DNA of 42,667 nucleotides from Flavobacteriales bacterium (GCA_016788405.1 JAEUSX010000122.1:1-42667), one strand, 5' to 3'. Shown: positions 1-9,109, numbered from the stretch's first letter. The notes: a model not told the origin generated them from the letters alone. Numbers and translations are program-made.

Positions 1-2
1 AT

Positions 3-836
3 TACCTCGCCAACGAACCCATCTGGCATGTACGCTCCATCTGCGCTGTCCCGGTGCCGTGCATCGCCACCAGTAACCATAACTACCTCTTGGTCGGCGA
101 TTCCGTCATCAATGGCTCGACCTGGTCCAAGGTGCAAGAGCAGGGAACCAGCACCCTGAATTGGCAGGGCGGCGGACCAGCCGACCCCGGTTGCCAGGGC
201 ACCACGCTTTACACCTCGCCTTGGCTGCGGCTCATCAGGCAGGAAGGAAGGCAGCTTCGCATCTGGGCGGACGAAGCCGACCAACTGCTGCACGACTTCG
301 ACCTGGCCGTGGGCGACACGCTTCCTCTGTCCTACACCAATTGGAACACGGACATCACCGTCGTCGCAGTGGACAGCGTCCTGATCGGCACCGAGATGCG
401 AGCACGCTATGAGCTCGGCAACAGTTGGGCGCAATACCTCATCGAAGGGGTTGGCACGAGCCACGGGCTCTTTGAACCTGTGAGCAATTTCCTGGAGTGC
501 GGCTTCAGCCTCGAGTGCTTCGGGCTTGGTGCAGATGCCTATTATCCGCCTGGGGTGACTGGGGCTTCGTGCTGGTTGACCATGACGATGAATGAGTCAA
601 AGGCACCCACAGCATGGTCGCTGTCGCCCAACCCGGCGGACGACGCGGTACTGATCAACGCGAACGGGAAAGCGCCATGGGTGGTGCAGGTACAGGACAT
701 GCGTGGGCGCATCGTCATCGTGGAGAGGCTGACCAATGCGCTCAATGCATCACTGGATGTCTCCCATCTCTCGAATGGCTGCTATGCGCTTTCCGTGGAT
801 GGGGCTATACCGAAGCGTTTGGTCGTGGCCCACTGA
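3..836 (+). CDS. Secreted protein, 5'-partial (open to window edge), with T9SS (Por) C-terminal sorting domain
   Basis: The frame is open from nt 3 with no stop upstream of the GTG at 54. The C-terminal ~75 aa (SLSPNPADDAVLINA...VQVQDMRGRIV...GCYALSVDG...RLVVAH) has the typical xxPNPaxD...D..Gr.v...G.Y pattern of T9SS CTDs. Confidence 0.75.
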   Translation, partial: YLANEPIWHVRSICAVPVPCIATSNHNYLLVGDSVINGSTWSKVQEQGTSTLNWQGGGPADPGCQGTTLYTSPWLRLIRQEGRQLRIWADEADQLLHDFDLAVGDTLPLSYTNWNTDITVVAVDSVLIGTEMRARYELGNSWAQYLIEGVGTSHGLFEPVSNFLECGFSLECFGLGADAYYPPGVTGASCWLTMTMNESKAPTAWSLSPNPADDAVLINANGKAPWVVQVQDMRGRIVIVERLTNALNASLDVSHLSNGCYALSVDGAIPKRLVVAH

Positions 837-960
837 GAGCCGCCTTCCTTCTCGATCTTAGCTGGAGCAACCGGCTTCGATGGCGTTCATCCGGGCCCGG
901 GCGCCGGTCGCCTATGCCGTTTTCACGCTGCAGCAAAGGACCACCGATTACTTTCACCCC

Positions 961-2259
961 ATGCGTCCTCTCCTGCTCCTATCGCTCCTCATCGTTTCGA
1001 TCGTGCAAGCGCAGCCCCGCATCAACGGCCCGATGCTGGGCCATGTTGACATGCTCGCGGCCGCGGCATGGATGCAGTGCTTAGGACCATGCGCCGCGCG
1101 AATCGAGTATTGGAAGGAGAGCGCGCCAGACAGCGTGATGCGCACCCCAGTGCAGGACAGCGATGCCGAACAGGCGCACGCCATGGAATTCACGCTGGAT
1201 GGGCTGGTGCCCGGAACCGTGTATCGGTACAGGCCCATCGTGAATGGCGTGCCAATGGAGCCCCTCTCCTTCCGCACCCAGCCGCTGTGGAAGCACCGCA
1301 CGGACCCGCCCGCATTCACGGTGGCCATGGGAAGCTGCGCATACATCAATGAGCCCGCGTACGACCGCCCCGGAACGCCGTACGGCGGCGACTACGCCAT
1401 CTTCGATGCCATCGCCGCGAAACAGCCCGACGTGATGCTCTGGCTCGGCGACAACATCTACCTGCGCGAGCCTGATTGGGGCAGCCGTAGCGGATACCTG
1501 TACCGATACACTCACACGCGCTCGTTGCCCGAAATGCAGCGCTTGCTCCGAACGGGCGCGCATTATGCCATCTGGGATGATCACGACTTCGGCCCGAACG
1601 ACGCCGATGGCAGTTGGATCCACAGCGGCATCGCGCGCGACTGCTTCGATCTGTTCTGGCCGAACCCGACCTGCGGCGCACCGGATGTGGAGGGCGCCAT
1701 CACCTCGTTCTCCTATGCCGACGCGGACTTCTTCCTGCTCGATGACCGCACCCACCGGGTCCCCGGAGATGCGCGTACCACTGCGCCCGCCATGCTCGGA
1801 GAGTCGCAGATCGACTGGCTGATCCGTGCGCTCCATTATAGCGATGCAGCATTCAAGCTGGTGGCCATCGGCAATCAGGTGCTGAACTCAGCCGCGATCT
1901 ACGAGACCTATGCCACCATTCCGGCAGAGCGCGAACGGCTGCTGAAGCGCATCGAGGACGAAGGCATCCCGGGAGTCGTATTCCTGACCGGCGATCGCCA
2001 TTTCACGGAGTTGAGCGCGCTGATGCTGAAGGATGGCCGCACGCTCTACGACCTCACCTGCTCGCCGCTGACATCGGGGGTGCATAAGCCGAAGGAAGAG
2101 AACGGGAACCGCGTGGAAGGCACGGTCGTGGAGCAGCGCAACTTCGCCACGCTCAGCTTCAGCGGCAAGCGCAAGGAGCGGGTGATGACCATCCGCGTCT
2201 TCGACAAGGACGGCGCGCAGCTCTGGGAGCGCGCCATCCAACAGGAGCGCAAGCCCTGA
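961..2259 (+). CDS. PhoD-like alkaline phosphatase / metallophosphoesterase, secreted
   Basis: ORF 880..2259. The internal ATG at 961 gives the signal peptide MRPLLLLSLLIVSIVQAQ. Metallophosphatase/PhoD motifs are present: GSCAY, LWLGDNIY, AIWDDHDFGPND, FLTGDRHFTE. Confidence 0.85.
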   Translation: MRPLLLLSLLIVSIVQAQPRINGPMLGHVDMLAAAAWMQCLGPCAARIEYWKESAPDSVMRTPVQDSDAEQAHAMEFTLDGLVPGTVYRYRPIVNGVPMEPLSFRTQPLWKHRTDPPAFTVAMGSCAYINEPAYDRPGTPYGGDYAIFDAIAAKQPDVMLWLGDNIYLREPDWGSRSGYLYRYTHTRSLPEMQRLLRTGAHYAIWDDHDFGPNDADGSWIHSGIARDCFDLFWPNPTCGAPDVEGAITSFSYADADFFLLDDRTHRVPGDARTTAPAMLGESQIDWLIRALHYSDAAFKLVAIGNQVLNSAAIYETYATIPAERERLLKRIEDEGIPGVVFLTGDRHFTELSALMLKDGRTLYDLTCSPLTSGVHKPKEENGNRVEGTVVEQRNFATLSFSGKRKERVMTIRVFDKDGAQLWERAIQQERKP

Positions 2260-2262
2260 GCC

Positions 2263-2712
2263 TTAGCCGCGCCAGCCGTCGAGGATCCGGTTGATCGCCT
2301 TGGCGTCGGATTCCTTCAAGCCGGCGAAGAGACGGTCCTGCTCTTCCTGATTCTCCTCGTCGATGCGGGCCAACAGGTCAAGTCCTTTCTGCGTGATGCG
2401 CACATAGATCACCCGGCGGTCCTCGGAGCACCGCTCACGGCTCACCAGCCCTTTGGCGATGAGCTTGTCCGTGAGCCGTGTGGCGTTCGGCGCGCGATCG
2501 ATCATGCGCTCCTTCACGCTCTGCGCCTTCATGCGGTCCTTGGCGCCCCGCAGGATCCGTAGGATGTTGTATTGCTGAGGACTGATGCCGTGGGGCTTGA
2601 ATCGGTGCACCTGGCTGCTGCGCAGCCAGTTGGCCGTGAAGAGCACATTGAGCATCGCTTTCTGCTGCTCACTGGTGAAACGGCTCTGGAGTTCCTGATC
2701 AAGGCCCGGCAT
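2263..2712 (-). CDS. MarR family transcriptional regulator
   Basis: Winged-helix MarR pattern: ISPQQYNILRIL...SVKERMIDRAPNATRLTDKLIAKGLV SRE...DRRVIYVRITQKGLDLL. Start placed at ATG 2712 (MPGLDQEL). The upstream extension to 2865 is Gly/Ala/Cys-rich junk overlapping the divergent gene. Confidence 0.85.
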   Translation of the reverse strand: MPGLDQELQSRFTSEQQKAMLNVLFTANWLRSSQVHRFKPHGISPQQYNILRILRGAKDRMKAQSVKERMIDRAPNATRLTDKLIAKGLVSRERCSEDRRVIYVRITQKGLDLLARIDEENQEEQDRLFAGLKESDAKAINRILDGWRG

Positions 2713-2772
2713 GGCCAAGGGGTTTGCGGAAGCGAATGTATCCGGCGCCCTGCAACCAGCATGGCACCGCTC

Positions 2773-2780
2773 TATTTTGG
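2773..2780 (+). promoter_or_regulatory. Possible imperfect Bacteroidota -7 box (TATTTTGG) for the lipoprotein gene
   Basis: Sits 20 nt upstream of ATG 2800 in the MarR-divergent intergenic region. It deviates from TAnnTTTG by one position. Confidence 0.3.
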
Positions 2781-2799
2781 CGCCCCAATCCGTGCTGAC

Positions 2800-3501
2800 A
2801 TGCGTGTTCTCACCCTTTCGCTCCTGGTTCTGCTGGCCGCATGCGGCGGCCCAGCCGAAGAGCAATCAGATCCTCAGCCCCCTGCGCAACAAGCCGAGGC
2901 CATCGGCGACCCGCGCGATGCATCGCAGCGGCCGGATGTGGTCATCGGGCTCATGGGGAACATCGCGCACCTGACCGTGGCGGACCTATTCGCGGAGGAT
3001 GGCTACTGGACGTTCAAGTTCATCGCCGCCGGCGCCAATGTGATCGCCGTGGTGAACGATGCCGCGGAGGCGGAAGCGCTGGAAGCCCGCAAGAAGGCCA
3101 TGGGCCTCGGCGATGACCGGCTTCAAGTGCGCGCCGTGCCAGTTGGCGATCCCGGCATCTACAAGGAAGAGGCGGACATGGCTTTCATCGGGCACCGCTT
3201 CCTGACCATCCAGGACAAGCGCGATTTCCTCACGCGCATGCGCGCCGGCATGGAATACCCGCGCTACCTGGTGATGCTTGAATGGCAGTACAAGGATGGC
3301 CCGCCGGGGCCGCCGAAAAGCGAACGCATGCCTTCTGATCGCATCATGGATCTGGTTGGGGAATACTCGGAGTACAGCGATGTTGGCGCGCACTCGGACA
3401 AGGTGCCCGATCAGGTGGTCTTCCTGATCAACGACTATATGGATTCAGGCGGCGGCGGGCAATCCATCGACGCCGCGACGATGGAGATGATGCCGGAATG
3501 A
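2800..3501 (+). CDS. Lipoprotein with class I SAM-methyltransferase-like fold and a degenerate SAM-binding motif
   Basis: ATG 2800 gives MRVLTLSLLVLLAAC with a classical lipobox (LAAC). The body resembles the Bacteroidota methyltransferase lipoprotein layout (RD..Q.P..VI..LG......VADlGAGtGYf.F......VIAVDiD), but here reads VADLFAEDGYWTFKF...VIAVVND. Confidence 0.6.
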   Translation: MRVLTLSLLVLLAACGGPAEEQSDPQPPAQQAEAIGDPRDASQRPDVVIGLMGNIAHLTVADLFAEDGYWTFKFIAAGANVIAVVNDAAEAEALEARKKAMGLGDDRLQVRAVPVGDPGIYKEEADMAFIGHRFLTIQDKRDFLTRMRAGMEYPRYLVMLEWQYKDGPPGPPKSERMPSDRIMDLVGEYSEYSDVGAHSDKVPDQVVFLINDYMDSGGGGQSIDAATMEMMPE

Positions 3502-3504
3502 GCC

Positions 3505-3930
3505 TCAGGCGCGTGCCGACTGGCGCTGCTCCGCCCGGAGCCGCTCCTTCTCAGTGATGGCCACGCCTTTGTACGACATGAAGAGGTTGGCCCAGATGGT
3601 CTTGGAGATCGCATACATCCACGGCGCCAATCCGATGATACCGAGGCAGACCAAACCCGCCTTCGCCGCCACAGGCGCCGATGGCCAGAGCACGATGGTG
3701 GCCACGAAGATGCTGGTGCCCAGCGCGACTGCCAAGGCATAGGCCACGTACATGCCGCCGTAATAGAATCCAGGCTCAGGCGTGTACTTACGATGGCATA
3801 CCGGGCAGGCTTCCAGAAGGTCGCCCGCAGTGCTCAGATGGTAAGGATTGCGGTCCACGAAGAACTCCCCCTCGTGGCAATGCGGACACTTGTACCGAAA
3901 GATGCTGTATGCCTTGCTTCGTTCAGCCAT
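3505..3930 (-). CDS. DUF983-like membrane protein (zinc-ribbon plus 2 TM)
   Basis: CPHCHEG...CPVCHRKY zinc-ribbon followed by PGFYYGGMYVAYALAVAL and a second hydrophobic helix. Start at ATG 3930 (MAERSKAY) is preferred over 3960. Confidence 0.75.
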   Translation of the reverse strand: MAERSKAYSIFRYKCPHCHEGEFFVDRNPYHLSTAGDLLEACPVCHRKYTPEPGFYYGGMYVAYALAVALGTSIFVATIVLWPSAPVAAKAGLVCLGIIGLAPWMYAISKTIWANLFMSYKGVAITEKERLRAEQRQSARA

Positions 3931-3974
3931 GGGGCGAAGATCCTCACTCCTGGCTTGCACACGCGTGACCTATC

Positions 3975-4637
3975 TCACCGATTCTCCTTCAGCTTGTCGG
4001 CGAACACCTTGCGGAATTTCTCCAGTTTGGGGCGGATCACCATCTGGCAATAGCCCTGGGAGCCATTCTGAGCGTAATAATCCTGATGGTAGTCCTCTGC
4101 CTTGTAGAAGGTGGTCGCCTGCGTGATCTCGGTGACCAAGGGCGCCTGGAAGGCCCCGCTGGCATCCAATTGCTTCAAAAGCTCTTCGGCCACCATCCGT
4201 TGTTCGTCCGTATGCCAGAAGATCGCGGATCGGTATTGTGTGCCCACGTCCGCGCCTTGCCTGTTCCGGGTGGTGGGGTCGTGCGTCTGCCAGAAGACTT
4301 CCAGGATCTCGGCGACGCTGACCTGCGATGGGTCGAAGACCAATTGGGCCACTTCGGCATGCCCGGTGTTCCCGCCGCAGACCTCTTTGTAGCTGGGGTT
4401 CTTCACATGCCCGCCCATGTATCCGCTGGTCACGGACAGCACGCCTTTCAATTCGCTGAAGACGGCCTCGACGCACCAGAAGCATCCGGCACCAAGCGTG
4501 ATCGTATCGGTCGTTGTTCCAGCTGCTGGCTGCATGTCTTGCGGAGGTATTGCTTGTTCGGTCCTTCCTGCGCAGGCCACTTGCAAGGGCAGGGCGAAGA
4601 GCACCGGCGAGAAACGGGGGAGTAAGCGCGTGCGCAT
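3975..4637 (-). CDS. msrA: Peptide-methionine (S)-S-oxide reductase MsrA, exported form
   Basis: Hallmark GAGCFWCVEAVF active site plus GHAEVAQLVFDP and YHQDYY. An N-terminal signal-like segment is present (MRTRLLPRFSPVLFALPLQVAC). Confidence 0.93.
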   Translation of the reverse strand: MRTRLLPRFSPVLFALPLQVACAGRTEQAIPPQDMQPAAGTTTDTITLGAGCFWCVEAVFSELKGVLSVTSGYMGGHVKNPSYKEVCGGNTGHAEVAQLVFDPSQVSVAEILEVFWQTHDPTTRNRQGADVGTQYRSAIFWHTDEQRMVAEELLKQLDASGAFQAPLVTEITQATTFYKAEDYHQDYYAQNGSQGYCQMVIRPKLEKFRKVFADKLKENR

Positions 4638-4756
4638 GGTTGAGTTTCAGCCTTCAGTCGGCGCAGCGGGCATATCCTGACGATCACGGTCAGGCATCAC
4701 GAACGCTTTGTGGTCATGAGAGCCGAAAAGGCCCCACGCGATCCCGGTGAGGCCTG

Positions 4757-4829
4757 AGCGGGAAACGGGATTCGAACCCGCGACCCTCAGCTTGGGAAGC
4801 TGATGCTCTACCAACTGAGCTACTCCCGC
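4757..4829 (-). tRNA. tRNA-Gly (anticodon CCC)
   Basis: The reverse complement reads GCGGGAGTAGCTCAGTTGGTAGAGCATCAGCTTCCCAAGCTGAGGGTCGCGGGTTCGAATCCCGTTTCCCGCT. It folds as a cloverleaf with a 7-bp acceptor stem, anticodon loop TTCCCAA and a GGTTCGAATCC T-loop. No CCA is encoded. Confidence 0.93.
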
Positions 4830-5097
4830 TTGCGCGGCGAATGTAGTGCGGCATCGAGCAGTGTATGCCTCCGATGCAGGCCACCGAAATCAGGAACGGG
4901 AGCCATTCGGCTCCCGCTCCAGGACGAACCGGTCCAAAACCACTGATACCGGATGCGCTGTAGACAAATGAACCACCCGAGCGCGTTGCCTGAGCCGCCC
5001 AGCGCATCCGGCGATTCGTCCTGAAAGGCTTGATGGGCGCGGCATCTCACACTTGTCAAAAGTTCTTCACACGACCGGGAGCGCGCGCACCCCCGGC

Positions 5098-5105
5098 TAC
5101 ATTTG
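5098..5105 (+). promoter_or_regulatory. Bacteroidota -7 promoter box TACATTTG (TAnnTTTG)
   Basis: Perfect match to TAnnTTTG, 15 nt upstream of the transketolase ATG at 5120. Confidence 0.6.
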
Positions 5106-5119
5106 GCCAGCCTTACCCG

Positions 5120-5998
5120 ATGCCTTCCATGCCCGCTGCGACCGCGTCAGCACAAGACACGATCACCTCCCTTCAGCGCATCGCCAGCCAGGTCAGGCGA
5201 GACATCGTGCGGCAGGTGCACGCCGCTCAGAGCGGACACCCCGGCGGTTCGTTGGGTTGCGCCGATTTCCTCACCGCGCTCTATTTCCACATCCTTCGCC
5301 ACGACCCGAAAGCGTGGACCATGGACGGACGCGGCCAGGATCTTTTCTTCCTGAGCAATGGGCATATCAGTCCGGTCTGGTACAGCGTACTGGCTCGCAG
5401 CGGCTACTTCCCGATCAGCGAGCTGGCCACCTTCCGGCGGATCAATGGCCGCCTGCAAGGCCACCCCACAACTCATGAAGGACTTCCCGGGGTGCGCATG
5501 GCCAGCGGCTCATTGGGGCAGGGCCTCAGCGTGGCCATCGGAGCGGCTCTGGCGAAGAAGCTCAACGGCGATGACCGACTCGTGTACACACTGCACGGAG
5601 ATGGCGAATTGCAGGAAGGGCAGATCTGGGAGGCTGCCATGCTCGCCGCCGCGAAGAAGCTGGACAACCTGATCAGCACGGTTGATTGGAATGGCCGGCA
5701 GATCGATGGCGACGTGGATGATGTGCTCCCCTTGGGCGATCTGCCAGCCAAATGGAAGGCCTTCGGCTGGGAAGTGCTCGAGGCAGAGGGCAACGACATG
5801 CAAGCCCTGCTCGAAGCCATGGAAGAAGCCAAAGCGCGCACAGGTCGCGGTAAACCCGTAATGGTGCTCATGCGCACTGAAATGGGCCAGGGCGTGGATT
5901 TCATGATGAACAGCCACGCTTGGCATGGCATCGCGCCCAATGATGCGCAACTGGCCGGCGCTCTAGCGCAGCTTCCGGAGACGTTGGGTGATTACTGA
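5120..5998 (+). CDS. Transketolase, N-terminal (TPP-binding) subunit
   Basis: SGHPGGSLGCADFLTALYF, LSNGHISP, GSLGQGLSVAIG and HGDGELQEGQIWEA are canonical motifs of the split-transketolase N-terminal half. Start at ATG 5120 sits just downstream of the -7 box. Confidence 0.93.
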   Translation: MPSMPAATASAQDTITSLQRIASQVRRDIVRQVHAAQSGHPGGSLGCADFLTALYFHILRHDPKAWTMDGRGQDLFFLSNGHISPVWYSVLARSGYFPISELATFRRINGRLQGHPTTHEGLPGVRMASGSLGQGLSVAIGAALAKKLNGDDRLVYTLHGDGELQEGQIWEAAMLAAAKKLDNLISTVDWNGRQIDGDVDDVLPLGDLPAKWKAFGWEVLEAEGNDMQALLEAMEEAKARTGRGKPVMVLMRTEMGQGVDFMMNSHAWHGIAPNDAQLAGALAQLPETLGDY

Positions 5999-6076
5999 GT
6001 CATGGCCCGACCCCTCGGACCGTCAATAGCCCAAGCCGAGAACAGGGTTGGCATGCGCTTGGTGAACGAACCTCGC

Positions 6077-7507
6077 ATGCGGACCACGTATTCCTTGCCA
6101 AGGCTGCTCACCTTCCTCGCTCTCGCCATCACGGGCCTTCTGCTGGTGCGGCCAACCCCATTGAGCGCCCAGGATGCCGCTCCTCGTCCGCCCCTCACGC
6201 GCATGCTCTTCGTGATGGACGCGAGCAACAGCATGAACGCGTTCTGGGGCAATCAGCCCAAGATCAATACAGCGCGCGAACTGCTGCTGAAATCGCTGAA
6301 GGAGCTGGAAGACCAGCCCGATGTGGAACTCGCCCTGCGGCTTTATGGCCATCAGACCGCCATACAACCGGGCAAGCAGGACTGCGATGACACGCGCCTA
6401 GAAGTTCCGTTCTCGGACCACAGCATCCCCGAGATGCGGAAGACGCTGCTCGCCACGCGATGCCTTGGCACCACGCCCATCGCCCGCTCCCTGGAGAAGG
6501 CCGCCAAGGATTTCCCGGAACCGGATCGCAGCAAAGGGGCCCGACCCGTTCGGAATGTCATCATCCTGATCACGGATGGGATCGAAGCCTGCGACGAGGA
6601 CCCCTGCGCGGTGAGCCGCGCGCTACAGGCCAAGGGCATCACTTTGAAGCCTTTCGTGATCGGCGTGGGCCTCACCGAGAACGACAAGTTCGCCCTGCAG
6701 TGCGTGGGTAATTATTACGACGCCAGCACGCCCGAGCTCTTCGAGCACGTGATGCAAGTGGTGGTCACCCAGGCCTTGAACAGCACCACGGCGCAGATCA
6801 GCCTGATGACCGCGGACGGCATGCCTACCGAGACCGATTGCGCGGTGACTTTGTACGATCAACGAACCGGCCAGGTGCGGTACCATATCGAGCACACGCT
6901 CAATGATCGTGGCCTTCCTGATACGTTGACGATCGACCCGATCTTCACCTATCGGCTCGTGGCGCATACGGTTCCTCCCTCCATGCGCGAGGGTGTCAAG
7001 GTGAAGCCGGGGATCCACAATGTGATCGCCATCGATGCTGGCACCGGCATGTTGCGCCTCAAGCTGGGAAGCGGCCCCGGTGACGCGAGCATGGTCAACT
7101 GCATCGTGCGCCGTCAAGGCGACCTGAATACGCTCACGGCCCAGCCGATGGGGACCACGCAACGCTACCGCGTAGGCTCGTACGATCTGGAAGTGCTCAC
7201 CCTGCCGCGCACCCATGTCCCGGCTGTGCGCGTGGAGCAAGGTCGAACGACGGACATCGTGGTGGCGAAGCCAGGCGTGCTCAACATCCAGTGCCAGGCG
7301 GCGGGTCCTGGCAGCGTGCTCAATAAGTCGGGCGATGAGCTCATCTGGGTGGCCGACCTCGACCCGGCGGCATCAACGCACCAGCTGCGGCTTCAGCCTG
7401 GAGCCTACCAGATCACCTATCGCAGTCAGTTCGCACGTCGCACGGAGCTCACTATAAACAAAGAGGTGAACATCGAGAGCGGCCGAAGCACAACGATCAA
7501 TTTCTAG
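6077..7507 (+). CDS. Secreted von Willebrand factor type A (VWA) domain protein with a beta-rich C-terminal region
   Basis: Complete MIDAS motif: FVMDASNSM (DxSxS), GTTPIARSL, ILITDGIEAC. Signal peptide from ATG 6077 (MRTTYSLPRLLTFLALAITGLLLV..AQD). Alternative ATGs lie at 6002 and 6053. Confidence 0.8.
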   Translation: MRTTYSLPRLLTFLALAITGLLLVRPTPLSAQDAAPRPPLTRMLFVMDASNSMNAFWGNQPKINTARELLLKSLKELEDQPDVELALRLYGHQTAIQPGKQDCDDTRLEVPFSDHSIPEMRKTLLATRCLGTTPIARSLEKAAKDFPEPDRSKGARPVRNVIILITDGIEACDEDPCAVSRALQAKGITLKPFVIGVGLTENDKFALQCVGNYYDASTPELFEHVMQVVVTQALNSTTAQISLMTADGMPTETDCAVTLYDQRTGQVRYHIEHTLNDRGLPDTLTIDPIFTYRLVAHTVPPSMREGVKVKPGIHNVIAIDAGTGMLRLKLGSGPGDASMVNCIVRRQGDLNTLTAQPMGTTQRYRVGSYDLEVLTLPRTHVPAVRVEQGRTTDIVVAKPGVLNIQCQAAGPGSVLNKSGDELIWVADLDPAASTHQLRLQPGAYQITYRSQFARRTELTINKEVNIESGRSTTINF

Positions 7508-7510
7508 CGC

Positions 7511-8461
7511 ATGAACTACCCCGTGCTCGACCAGAAGGATACCCGGAGCGGCTTCGGCGCAGGCCTGCTGGAGCTCGGCGACACCAACCCCGACGTGGTG
7601 GCCCTTTGCGCCGATCTGACCGGCTCGTTGAAAATGGATGCGTTCCAGAAGAAATATCCGGAGCGCTTCTTCCAAGTGGGCATCGCCGAAGCCAACATGA
7701 TGGGCGTGGCTGCCGGGCTCACCATCGGCGGCAAGATCCCGTTCACCGGAACCTTCGCGAATTTCAGCACCGGACGCGTCTACGACCAGATCAGGCAGAG
7801 CATCGCTTATGCCGGGAAGAACGTGAAGATCTGCGCCAGCCACGCCGGACTGACGCTCGGCGAGGATGGCGCCACCCATCAGATCCTGGAGGATATCGGC
7901 CTGATGCGCATGCTGCCCGGAATGACCGTGATCGTGCCGTGCGATTACAACCAGACGAAGCAGGCCACCAAGGCCATCGCGGCGCATGATGGGCCGTGCT
8001 ACCTGCGTTTCGGCCGTCCGAAGTGGCCGGTCTTCATCCCCAACGACCTGCCCTTCGAGATCGGCAAGGCACAGGTGCTCGTGCCAGGAACAGACGTGAC
8101 GGTGATCGCGTGCGGGCACCTGGTCTGGCATGCGCTTCAGGCCGCTGAAGAGCTCGTCGGTTCCGGTATCTCCGCAGAGGTGATCAACATGCACACCATC
8201 AAGCCGCTGGACGCGGATGCCGTGGTCGCTTCGGCAGGCCGGACCGGTTGTGTGGTGACTTGCGAAGAGCACAACCGGCACGGTGGACTGGGCGACGCTG
8301 TGGCCCAGGTGCTCACCTCACGGAAGCCTGTGCCCCAGGAGTTCGTGGCGGTGAACGACACCTTCGGCGAAAGCGGCACGCCCGATGAATTGCTGAGGAA
8401 GTACGGCCTCTATCCAAGCGACATCGTGAACGCCGCGCGACGCGCATTGAGCCGGAAGTGA
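7511..8461 (+). CDS. Transketolase, C-terminal (pyrimidine-binding) subunit
   Basis: [40 protein letters not shown] and the C-terminal TCEEHN.HGGLG motifs. Starts 4 nt after the VWA stop. Confidence 0.93.
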   Translation: MNYPVLDQKDTRSGFGAGLLELGDTNPDVVALCADLTGSLKMDAFQKKYPERFFQVGIAEANMMGVAAGLTIGGKIPFTGTFANFSTGRVYDQIRQSIAYAGKNVKICASHAGLTLGEDGATHQILEDIGLMRMLPGMTVIVPCDYNQTKQATKAIAAHDGPCYLRFGRPKWPVFIPNDLPFEIGKAQVLVPGTDVTVIACGHLVWHALQAAEELVGSGISAEVINMHTIKPLDADAVVASAGRTGCVVTCEEHNRHGGLGDAVAQVLTSRKPVPQEFVAVNDTFGESGTPDELLRKYGLYPSDIVNAARRALSRK

Positions 8462-8512
8462 TCAAACCCGGGGCCTCCATTCGGCTCAAAGAGCGAGCCC
8501 GATGGGAATGGA

Positions 8513-9109
8513 ATGAGCGAATTGAGCGATGCCGAACTGCTCGCCCTCTTCCGCAAGGAGGAGTCCCGCCATTATGCGTTCAATCTGATCGTGCGAAAGC
8601 ACCAGCGCCGACTCTACGGCTTCATCCGCCGGATGGTCACGGACCACGATGAAGCGCAGGACGTGCTGCAGAACACCTTCATCAAAGCCTGGCACGGCCT
8701 GCCCGCATTCCGGGAGGAGGCGCAGCTCTTCAGCTGGTTGTACCGCATCGCGCACAACGAGTGCCTGAATCATCTGCGCCGGTTGAAGCGCCGGCTGTTC
8801 GTGAACCATGACCAGGTGATCGAGCGCCTGACCACCACCCTCGACAGCAGCGAGCATTTCAATGGTGACGCCATCCAGCGAAAGCTCCAGCGCGCCGTGA
8901 TGCGGCTGCCCGACAAGCAGCGGGCGGTGTTCAACATGAAGTACTTCGATGCCATGAAGTACGAGGACATGAGCCGCGTGACCGGCACCAGCGTGGGCGC
9001 TCTGAAGAGCAGTTTCCATATCGCCGTGAAGAAGATCGAGCAATGGCTCGTCACCGATCAAACCTTGATGGCATCAGATCGGTCGAAACACCCGAATAGC
9101 GATGACTGA
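8513..9109 (+). CDS. ECF-type RNA polymerase sigma-70 factor (module 1)
   Basis: Region 2 (DEAQDVLQNTFIKAW...FSWLYRIAHNECLNHLRR) and region 4 (LPDKQRAVFNMKYFDAMKYEDMSRVTGTSVGALKSSFHIAVKKI). Confidence 0.9.
   Translation: MSELSDAELLALFRKEESRHYAFNLIVRKHQRRLYGFIRRMVTDHDEAQDVLQNTFIKAWHGLPAFREEAQLFSWLYRIAHNECLNHLRRLKRRLFVNHDQVIERLTTTLDSSEHFNGDAIQRKLQRAVMRLPDKQRAVFNMKYFDAMKYEDMSRVTGTSVGALKSSFHIAVKKIEQWLVTDQTLMASDRSKHPNSDD

Noticed and set aside
2572-2865. Long 5' extensions of the MarR ORF (to 2865) and the lipoprotein ORF (from 2572), which would overlap each other
   Set aside because: The extensions are mutually antisense and lack protein-like composition. Internal ATGs give a canonical MarR N-terminus and a canonical lipoprotein signal peptide.
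4930-4975. Possible TPP riboswitch upstream of transketolase (AACCACTGATACCGGATGCGCTGTAGACAA vaguely resembles the ACCUGAUCUGGAUAAUGCCAGCGUAGGGAA arm)
   Set aside because: The near-invariant CUGAGA element and the P2/P3 arm are absent. The resemblance is short and gapped. Transketolase is not a known TPP-riboswitch target. The likely promoter lies downstream of this sequence.
7373-8281. 302-aa minus-strand ORF. The same reasoning applies to 12822..13736, 40193..41128, 1081..1836, 20991..21674 and 25453..26283.
   Set aside because: All are antisense to genes with clear family motifs (transketolase C, M43, LVIVD, PhoD, M23, PGT). They show the same Arg/Gly/His-rich antisense composition.
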